A stretch of DNA of 64,000 bases from a virus. The notes beneath the pieces are model-generated. The model was given only the letters and a program-made list of their open reading frames with translations. It made no database searches and was not told the DNA's origin. The stretch spans positions 114,471 through 178,470 of IMG/VR virus record IMGVR_UViG_3300033056_000008; one strand, written 5' to 3'. The position numbers and the translations under genes were made by a program. Below, one piece after another: positions 37,474-46,600 of this stretch (position 1 is its first letter; every line of letters begins with the position of its first letter).

Positions 37474-38643
37474 GTGCTTTTTGTATTGGAGTTGAGTATT
37501 ACTTTGAGTACACTACGTAAAAGATATACAAAGGAATATTTACATAATTGCTTACTTGAGTATTATGATAAATATAAAATTACACCTACCGCAAGAGCAT
37601 TAAAAGATAAGGGCTATCCAACTATACATGCTTTCATTAACCACTTTGGTAGTTTCAAAAATGCTTTAATTGAAACAGGTTTATTTGACTTGAGAAAAGA
37701 TAAGCATCAATTTTCTAAAGAGAGTACTGATAATGAGTTATTGGCATCGCTCAAGGAATATATGAACAACAAAAGTAAAATACCTACTCATGAATATATG
37801 AGAACTACCCTCAGCCCTAGCTTAAGCACTTATGATAGAAGATTTGATAATGGAATTTATGGGGCATTGAAGTTAATTGGGCATGATATAGAAAAGCAAA
37901 ACAAAGAAGTTAGAGAAGAATATGAAACCTATATGATAGGTAAGTATAAAGACTTGAAAACACTGCTCGGTAGAGTGCCTTCTAGTAGAGATATTGAAAA
38001 ATATAGTCGTGAACAGGATTTTTGCCCTGCTATGAAAACATATGAATATCACTTTGGGAGTTTATATAACTTACAAGTTATTTGCGGATTTACTCCTACG
38101 AGAATAGCGAGAAATAAATCAAGAAGTGATTTAATTAATGATATAAAATGGTTACATAGTAAATTACAAAGAGTACCATCTCAATTAGATTTGAGATATT
38201 TCGATAATATTGCTGGCTTAGGAAAATATGCTAGGGAATTTGGATCATGGAATAATGCAGTTATTGAAGCTGGTTTTAAACCTAATAATGACATTTATTA
38301 TTCAAACAGAGGACAAATTTGCTTATCATATTATGAGTTGTTATTTACTAACATGCTTGAAGACTTTAATATCGATTTCGAGAAAGAACAACGGTACGAC
38401 TGTTACATAGCAACTAATAAAAAATACCGTTTCGATTATGTTATCAATCATAATAAGAATAAAGTGTTCGTTGAAATTTTCGGAATAACAAACAACAAAG
38501 ATTATGACAACAAGACAATTGAAAAAATAAAACTGTGTGAAATAAATAATTTAACCTTGATTAAAATTTATCCAAGTGATTTTAATAGTTACAAATCAGA
38601 GGATATCTATAGTATGTTCCAACAGAAAATAAACTCAATTTAG
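37474..38643 (+). CDS. putative homing endonuclease: four helical repeats plus PD-(D/E)XK domain
   Basis: four ..PT/PS..Y..FGS(W/F)..A...G repeats; C-terminal SYYE...RFDY...FVEIFG; probable start TTG 37504. Confidence 0.75.
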   Translation: MLFVLELSITLSTLRKRYTKEYLHNCLLEYYDKYKITPTARALKDKGYPTIHAFINHFGSFKNALIETGLFDLRKDKHQFSKESTDNELLASLKEYMNNKSKIPTHEYMRTTLSPSLSTYDRRFDNGIYGALKLIGHDIEKQNKEVREEYETYMIGKYKDLKTLLGRVPSSRDIEKYSREQDFCPAMKTYEYHFGSLYNLQVICGFTPTRIARNKSRSDLINDIKWLHSKLQRVPSQLDLRYFDNIAGLGKYAREFGSWNNAVIEAGFKPNNDIYYSNRGQICLSYYELLFTNMLEDFNIDFEKEQRYDCYIATNKKYRFDYVINHNKNKVFVEIFGITNNKDYDNKTIEKIKLCEINNLTLIKIYPSDFNSYKSEDIYSMFQQKINSI

Positions 38644-38819
38644 GTTGCAACTTAATAGCGTTTATTTGCTATTAATCCTATACATATGAAGGTGGAGAAG
38701 TCGACATCTCCCCTTCTCTTCGCTCTATACATAAATAGAAAAAGACAATGGATTATCCAATGCCTTTCTGTGTTTATGTAGGCACATGTATTAAAAGTGC
38801 CGTTTTATTACGTATGATT

Positions 38820-39089
38820 TTACTTTCCTAGTACATCCCATGCTTTTCTAACGCCGTGATGGAATCCATCTTCATCCATCCAACCAATTTCAGTTACATC
38901 AAACAAGTCTTCAATCGACAATTCTAAAGCTTTCGAAATTACAATTAAATGAGAATCAAGATGTTGTGAACTTCTGTCAAATCTAGATATTGTTGCCTGA
39001 CTAATTCCAGTTAGCTCAGCAAATTCAGATTGAGTTATCTTTCTCTCTCGTAATATCTTACTTAATATTGGAGTAACACTATAGTACAC
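38820..39089 (-). CDS. XRE-family HTH protein
   Basis: LSKILRERKITQSEFAELTGISQATISRFD. Confidence 0.85.
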   Translation of the reverse strand: MYYSVTPILSKILRERKITQSEFAELTGISQATISRFDRSSQHLDSHLIVISKALELSIEDLFDVTEIGWMDEDGFHHGVRKAWDVLGK

Positions 39090-39207
39090 GTTCTCACTCT
39101 CCCCTATTATATAAGTACATTATGCACTATTGCATAACGATTTATCAACCATATATCGTAATATAAAAATATTTTTTATTTCTTAATTGACTATACACTA
39201 GTGTATA

Positions 39208-39486
39208 TTGTATTATGAATTTACAACAAGAGACGCACATACATCCGAAATTCATAATAAGGGAGAAATGATGAGAATGGCGTATGCTATGGGTAAGGTA
39301 CAATTGCTTATAGGGATTAAGGTAGATGATGATAATGAGGAGTTGGGTCTTATACAAGGTAATTACATTTTATGTCCTCATGATAATGATTTAAATATGC
39401 ACATTATTGATCGAAAAGGTAATAAGATAAAAGTGGACATTTGCGAGTTTGTCGATGAGCCGGTTTTAGATGAATATGTAGATTAA
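39208..39486 (+). CDS. hypothetical protein
   Basis: SD AAGGGAG before ATG ~39268; divergent from the HTH gene. Confidence 0.5.
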   Translation: MYYEFTTRDAHTSEIHNKGEMMRMAYAMGKVQLLIGIKVDDDNEELGLIQGNYILCPHDNDLNMHIIDRKGNKIKVDICEFVDEPVLDEYVD

Positions 39487-39652
39487 TAGAGAACGAGTTA
39501 CATATATAGAGAATAGTAACATTAGAGAATTACCTATAACCTGGGCAGGAGTGCAGCATACTGATCATATGTGAAGAAAGATGATTGAATCCTCACTCCA
39601 CCATCTCCCCTGCCCTTTTTCTAATATGGAGTGAATGTGGGGAGATGAAATT

Positions 39653-40933
39653 ATGATTGTACCTAATCAAATACTGAAAGTTAAGTGGGGTTCTGCCAAT
39701 AAGAAGCATTTAGAGTCATTAGGATATACTTACACTAGACTTGGTGATGAACTAGAGATTAAAGCTAATGAACTTACAGACGGATCTCCACAGAAAGTTT
39801 ATTTTACTTGTGATTACTGTAATGAGTCATTTAAAAGTCGATTTTCTAGTATTCGTAATAAAAATCAATTTTGTAGTAGAAGTTGTAAGTGCAAATGGAA
39901 TACTGAAAATCCAAGAACTCAATTTACTACATATTGCGGTGTTTGTAATAAAGAAATAAAAGCAGTCCCTTCAAAATTAAAGCATACAAAAAGCGGTTTA
40001 CTATTTTGTTCGAATGAATGTGTTGGTCACTTTAATTCGCAAAATCATAAGGAAAATCGCATTGAAAAACAGTGTCTAATTTGTCATTCATCTTATACAG
40101 TTAAACCATCTGAGAGTGTTAATAGTGTAGCCTGTTCCAGAGAATGTCAGAACAAGTGGCAATCGAAATACAGAATTGGTGAAAATTCTCCAAATTACAA
40201 TAGTGCTTACACACTGTCTGATAGGACTCATAATTGTGATTGGTGTAATAAGAAGTATAAGTTGAAAAATTTAGATAAAATCAGTAAAAAAGGTAATAAA
40301 GACAATCCTTATTTTTGTTCAAAAGCATGTTACCGAGAGTGGTATGCAAAGGATTGGTCTCAACGAACAGAATGGAAAGAAGAAAGTAAAATTAGGACTG
40401 TCCAAATGATAAGTGACGGTAAATTTCCGAAACTTAATAATTCAGTTCAAAAATGTATGGAAAACATTCTAACCGATATGGATATAAAATTTATTTCTGA
40501 ATTTAATTGTAAATACCATGCTATCGACTTATATTTACCAGATTATAATATTTTCATTGAAATGATGGGTAGATTTTGGCATTGTGATCCTCGTCATTAT
40601 GCTAAAGTGCAATACAAACAACAATTCACTAGGATTATTCAAGATAAAAGAAAACAAAGTTATATTAGAAACAATTATAACTCTGAAATTCTTTATATTT
40701 GGGAAGATGAAATTAAAAACGAGGAGGCTTTAGTAAAGAGTATCATACATGCGGCAATAAACTCGGTCTTAATAAATTATCATAGCTTTAATTACTCCCT
40801 AGTCAATAATGCTTTAAAACTAAATAATGACGTAATAGAACCTTATTTTAACTACGATATTGACACACTTGATAAACTTTATATTCCTAAAGATCGAGAC
40901 CAAGTTATTGACAGAAGACACCACGAAAAATGA
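39653..40933 (+). CDS. putative homing endonuclease: CxxC/FCxxxC zinc-finger repeats plus Vsr/DUF559-like nuclease
   Basis: four CxxC...CS..C repeats; AIDLYL..FIEMMGRFWH..DKRK..IWEDE; ATG 39653 after GGGGAG. Confidence 0.8.
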   Translation: MIVPNQILKVKWGSANKKHLESLGYTYTRLGDELEIKANELTDGSPQKVYFTCDYCNESFKSRFSSIRNKNQFCSRSCKCKWNTENPRTQFTTYCGVCNKEIKAVPSKLKHTKSGLLFCSNECVGHFNSQNHKENRIEKQCLICHSSYTVKPSESVNSVACSRECQNKWQSKYRIGENSPNYNSAYTLSDRTHNCDWCNKKYKLKNLDKISKKGNKDNPYFCSKACYREWYAKDWSQRTEWKEESKIRTVQMISDGKFPKLNNSVQKCMENILTDMDIKFISEFNCKYHAIDLYLPDYNIFIEMMGRFWHCDPRHYAKVQYKQQFTRIIQDKRKQSYIRNNYNSEILYIWEDEIKNEEALVKSIIHAAINSVLINYHSFNYSLVNNALKLNNDVIEPYFNYDIDTLDKLYIPKDRDQVIDRRHHEK

Positions 40934-41157
40934 ATTAATTTTAATTGTGAAAATTGTAATTTAGAAACGCAACAACTTAAATCTAGGTACATTAAATCTA
41001 AACACCATTTTTGCACAACTAATTGCTCATTTGAGTTCAGAAGAAATAAAAAGTAACTCCGCTGTTTATCGCAAATATAGACAGAATTCCCCGAAAACTG
41101 ATAATGCTTTCTCCATGTAAAATATGGTATTATATAAGCATAAAATAGTTGAGGTGA

Positions 41158-41967
41158 ATGTATTTGTCTAAAAAAGCTAAAATTATAACTTCTGTTGCTA
41201 CTTCTGCTGTAATAATAGCTATTATTATATTTTCTTATATTAATTACAATAAATTAGATTTATCGAATATAAATAAATTAGAAAAAGATCTTTCTAAAAG
41301 TCTTTATGCTCATTCGTTAAGTCTTAAATTAGACTCTAAAGATCCCCATGCTACAAATGAAGGTAAAATATATACTTATAAAGTGACTGCAAATGAAACT
41401 GATGATTTTACTAAATTACCAGATGAAGAAAAAGTAGATGCGATGATTAGTATTGCTCGTAGAATTGACTATTTCCTTCAAGAAGATTCCTATATTAAGA
41501 TTGGTAATAATAAGTTTGCAACAATAGATAGCATTGAGCTTTTAGGAGAGAATAATGCATCTTACTCCATTGATTACCAACCAAATAAAGCTTTGAATGA
41601 TTTCGTATTAAATGTTTCTACTCAAGAAAATGGTACTTTACAAACTAAAACAGTATCTTCCGAGTTGAAATATGGAGAGAAGACAGACCCGAATGTAGAA
41701 GTAACTAGCCATAAGGCAAATATTGATGGGAAATTTATTTATGTAAAGGGTACGGTGAAAAACACTTCCCCTTCTCCCCTGTCATTTATCGAGCTTAAGG
41801 TTTCATATTATAACAATGATGGAAAATTTCTAGACACTGAGACAACTTATGTTAACAGTAGTGATCAACTATTATCTAACGAACAAAAAAGTTTTGAAGT
41901 AATGACAGAAATGATTAATGAAAAATACACAAAATATAAGGTAGAAATTGTTGGATATAAAAATTAA
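41158..41967 (+). CDS. membrane-anchored protein with FxLYD-like Ig domain (moron)
   Basis: N-terminal TM; VKGTVKNTS...VSYYNNDGKFLD...QKSF; own TGnTATTAT -10 and terminator. Confidence 0.75.
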   Translation: MYLSKKAKIITSVATSAVIIAIIIFSYINYNKLDLSNINKLEKDLSKSLYAHSLSLKLDSKDPHATNEGKIYTYKVTANETDDFTKLPDEEKVDAMISIARRIDYFLQEDSYIKIGNNKFATIDSIELLGENNASYSIDYQPNKALNDFVLNVSTQENGTLQTKTVSSELKYGEKTDPNVEVTSHKANIDGKFIYVKGTVKNTSPSPLSFIELKVSYYNNDGKFLDTETTYVNSSDQLLSNEQKSFEVMTEMINEKYTKYKVEIVGYKN

Positions 41968-41982
41968 ATACTTCAATTAGAT

Positions 41983-42010
41983 GAGATGTCATTTAGACAT
42001 CTCTTTTTTT
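41983..42010 (+). terminator. intrinsic terminator
   Basis: GAGATGTC-attta-GACATCTC plus T7. Confidence 0.75.
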
Positions 42011-42040
42011 ATGTGCAATTTTAAGAAAGGAGATGTGTGA

Positions 42041-43378
42041 ATGGCAGACTTAAAAGTAAGAATTATAGGTACTTTAAATCAAGATTCCACTGTTAAAGAA
42101 TTAAATGCAGCTATAAAAAATATCGAGTCTAAGGTTAAAAGTCTTAAGTTAAACGTTGATACAGGAATTAATGAAAAGCAATTAGGCGAAATAGTGAAAC
42201 AAATTGAAGCAATTAAAAGAGGTACTGCAAAAACCTCAAATATTGTTTCGGATAAAGATGTCACTAAAGTAAAAGAGCTCTATACTTCAGTAGAAAAAGC
42301 TGTAGAAAAATACAGCAAGTTAGGTACAGTTAAAGTAAGTCAGACTATTGACCCTCTAACCAAGGAAGTAAATAAATTTAATTTAGCGGTTACAGATGCT
42401 CAAGGACGTGTACAAAAACTTTACTTCGAGAATGCAAAGTTAAATCAAAGTATGCAAGGTTTGAATGGATTTGGATTGGTTAGTAAATCCACTACAGATA
42501 ATACACAGGTAATGCGTGAAAAACAACTTCAAACTGAGCAGAAGATTAATACAAGTATCCTGCAACAAAATGAAAAATTAGCAAGGCAACTTGAAATATT
42601 TAAAGAAGAAGCTCGTATTAACGCCCGCAATTTAACAAATAAAAACACTAATAATTCTAATTTCAATACTGCTGGATTAAATACTTGGCTTAATTCAGTA
42701 AATCAACTTTCTACTTCAACACCCAACTTATCTCGACAAATGGATAACTTAAGACTTCAATATAGAGATATTAGTACAGAAAGTGTCGGGGCAGCCACTA
42801 ATGTTAATCGATTTGGTGGAGCATTAGAAAATGCATTCATGAGAATGCCAGTTTATGCTGTAGCCTCAGCAGCCATATTCCTGCCCTTCCAAGCGGTTGG
42901 GGCACTCGTTGACAATCTCTATGAGGTAGATCAAAGATTAATATCCATTCAAAAAGTTTTAGATGATGTGGACATGACGACTGTCTTCAATAATGCTACA
43001 GAAGCTGCTTACGAGTTTGGTCGAACTATAACTGGAGCACTTGATTCTTTAGGCGCAATTAGCAAATTAGGTTTTGATCAAACAGAGGCTGAAGCTTTGA
43101 ATAAGCAAGCATTAACCCTTGCTACTGTTGGTGAGATGCAAGATAAAGATGCGGCAGATTATCTAGTGGCAATTATGCGTCAGTATAAATTAAATATTGA
43201 CGATATGAATTCCGTGGTCGATTCTCTTAACGAAGTTAGTAATAAATCTGGTGCTGAAGTTGAAGGTTTAAGTCAATCTCTGTCTAAAGCATCTTCTGCC
43301 GCAGCATTAGCTGGTGTTGACTTCAATAGTTTCATTGGTATGGCGGCTACTTCAATTGAGACCTTGAAAATATCTGGT
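42041..43378 (+). CDS. tape measure protein exon 1 (YomI/CwlP-like)
   Basis: TP901-type core (VDSLNEVSNKS, LSQSLSKASSAA); ends ...TLKISG at the intron 5' splice site. Confidence 0.88.
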
Positions 43379-43667
43379 AAATTTATTGCCGTCCTTCATA
43401 GTAATATGTTGGATTATTATAGGGCAAAAACGGTGAAGGCTGAAATGCTAATACCGTGCTAATCAATTTTTTTAAAAGGGAATTGACAGTGTAACGCATA
43501 GGTAGTGAAACTCATCGAGAATATAATCTACCCACGAGTGTCCTACATCCTTGTATTAGGATGAAAATGTATGCTGAACTGGATTGGAATTGACCAATAG
43601 TAGCCTAGTGGTGATGAGGGAAACCTCCAGAGCTAAAGGATAAAAAGCCTTTAGGATAACAACTTTG
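43379..43667 (+). ncRNA. group I self-splicing intron (289 nt, no ORF)
   Basis: exon ends in U, intron ends in G; IGS TTTATTGCC pairs with both exons; P3 TAGGGCA/TGTCCTA, P4 ACGGT/ACCGT, P7 GCATA/TATGC, P8 CATCCT/AGGATG; removal restores frame ISG-NEAG. Confidence 0.9.
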
Positions 43668-46600
43668 AATGAAGCAGGTACATTCTACAAAACTTTATTT
43701 ACAAGATACTTAAGAGATGCTTCACAGAACATGCTAAACAGTATCGGTATTGCAACTAAGGATGCCAATGGCGATCTCATCTCAATGACTACTGTATTGC
43801 AACAATTAGGCGATCAGTGGGATACATATGACGCGCAGACTAAAAATGCTATTGCTTCTCAATTGGGAGGCGGATGGCATATAAATAAGGTCTCCAGCCT
43901 TATTGAGAGTCAATCTCGTGCTATGGAAAATGCTAATACATCAGCCAATGCTTACGGTAGTGCTACTCGTGAATTGGAAAACTTTCAGGAAGGTTTAGCT
44001 TATAAAACTAATGTTTTAATGGCTTCCCTCCAGGAATTAGGTTGGACAATTGGCGAAAATGGTTTAAGAGATTCAGTGGTTAACCTAATTCAAATGGCTA
44101 CGAACCTTACTCAAGGTTTCAATGCACTTACTGATGCTACAAACGGATGGAATATTAAACTTCCCCTACTTGCTGCAGGAATTTATGGAATAGTTAAAGC
44201 TGCAGGCGCATTACGATTAGCGATAACAGGCGTTAAATCATCATTTGGTATTTTCAGTGTTGGTTTTATTGCGGTTGAAGCATTGGCTTCTGTTTTTATG
44301 AAATCAACTAATGCTGGGAAACTACATACCGAAGCATTGACACAAGCTGCAGAAGCAACAGCAGAAAATTCTAATGAACTTCAATATCTGGTAAGTCGAT
44401 ATCAAGAACTTGAAGCACAATCTGATGGCTCTACTGAAAAACAACAAGAATTACAAGATGTGCTTAAACAAATCCAAGCTATTGCCCCTCAACTAATTGA
44501 CTCGACTGGTAAATATGGTGATACTTTATCATTAAATAAAACTAAGACGGATGATTACATAGAATCGCTTAAAGCAATGACTGCTGAACAAGTAGCTCAA
44601 GCTAAAGCAGCAAATGAAATCGAACTTAGTATGGTCAATGTTGACATCGAGAAGGAAAAAGAAAAATTAAATGATTTAGCTAAGGATAGCAAAGAAGCTT
44701 TTGAGCAAATCCAATCATACCAAGGTAAATATGGTGTAAAAGCAATTGATGATGCTCAAACAGAATTTGATAACAGAATTGCTGAAATTGCTAAAAAGGC
44801 TCAAAATGCTTATGATATCGGGAACGAGAAAAGCTATCAAAAGTATATGGCTCAGATGGCTGAAATGCGTGAAGAATTTGGATCATATATTAAACTTTTA
44901 CAAAACCCAGATGCGCTAAATGATTATGCTGATAAATTAACTAAAGTTAATGAGCTAGAAGCCAAGAAAAACGGTATTGAGGAAAGAAACTCTGCTTTAG
45001 ATGCTTTAACTAGCAGCACTAACTCAAGCACTACAGCTAATTCAGAAAACGCAAACTCCCTTTCTACTGTAGCTGAAGGAACATATGATGTTGAAGAAGG
45101 CATGGAATCTGCTACAACTGCGATTGATGGTACAACTTCCTCAATGAATAGTCAAGCGAGTGCTGCAGAAAATCTAGCTGGAATAACGACTGATTCCATG
45201 ACAGCATTGAAGCAAGCTATTGGTACATACGAAGTTCTATCTCAAATGGAGAACCTAAATAGTGCTCAAAAAGATATGCTGGCAAATGCTACTGAGCAAC
45301 TTTCTGAAGCATATCCTGAATTAACTAAAAACTCTAAGATTAATGTTGCTCAAGTACGTAACGAGATGGAAGCTAATGAAATACTTCTCGAAGCTACTGA
45401 AAAGTTAATGAATGGTGAGCTAAAAGCAGATGATGCAACTGTTGTGTCTAAGGCTCTTTCTACTAAGTCTAAGATATCTGAGATGCAAAAAGAAATTCAA
45501 GCAATGGAAGTTACAGCCAAAGCAATTGATGCACTTAAACAACATTATATCGACTTAGCAAACTCAGATACTAGCGTAGGCATGTTAGATAATGTAGAGC
45601 AAGCACTAGCCGCTACCGGAAATTCGAATTCAAACATCTCTTCTGAAATCTCCAGTTTAAAATCTGAGTTGGAATCACTAAAGAACACATCCGCGGGCTA
45701 CACTTCCCAACTTAGAGATATTACTGACTATCAATCTGAAGCAGAAAAAGCAGCTGAGGAATCCAATAAGACTACAGAAGAATCAACCTATGTTACTGAC
45801 AAGTATAAGCAAGCTCTTGAAAAACTGAACCTTGAACTAGCAAAAATTCAAGCTAAGAAAAACGATTATGCTCCTTATTCTAAGAAATACCAAAATGCCC
45901 TTAAAGAAGAAATTAAGTTACTTCAGCAACAACAAAAGCTAAACAAACAACAGACTGCTGATCTTAATGCACAAATTAAGTCGGGTAACGTAATTCAATA
46001 TGGTAAAGTTTCATCTTCTAAATCTTCCAGTAGTGGTTCATACAGCGGTCAATACTCTTCTTACATCAACGAAGCGTCATCCAAGTACGGTGTAGACTCA
46101 AGTCTAATTGCAGCGATCATTAAACAGGAGTCTAGTTTCAATGCGAACGCTAAGTCTAGTGCTGGTGCAATGGGCTTAATGCAACTTATGCCTGGAACTG
46201 CTAAAGAATTGGGAGTAAATAACGCATACGATGCTTACCAAAACATCATGGGTGGAACTAAGTATATCTCTCAATTGTTGGATAAATACAATGGTTCTGT
46301 TGAAAAAGCTCTATGGGCTTATAACGCTGGTATGGGTAATGTTAATAACATCGTCAATTCTTCTGCTAGTGAATGGAAAGGTGCTAAAAGTTACGCAAGT
46401 AATGTATTATCCTACTTTGAAGAATATGGCGGAGCTGTCCAAGCATCTACTGCTAAAGCCACTAAAGCTATCGATGGTTTCTCAGGTACAATTACTTCCG
46501 AATACGGAACTCGTACTCGAAATGGCAAAACTGAAACTCACAAAGGTATTGATATTGCTGGTAATAAAGGTGACAAAATCGGTGCTACTACTGCTGGTAC

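Noticed and set aside
43379-43462. C-terminal KFIAVLHSNMLDYYRAKTVKAEMLIPC of ORF 42041-43462 and the TTG start at 43665
   Set aside because: Both are intron sequence; there is no SD before 43665
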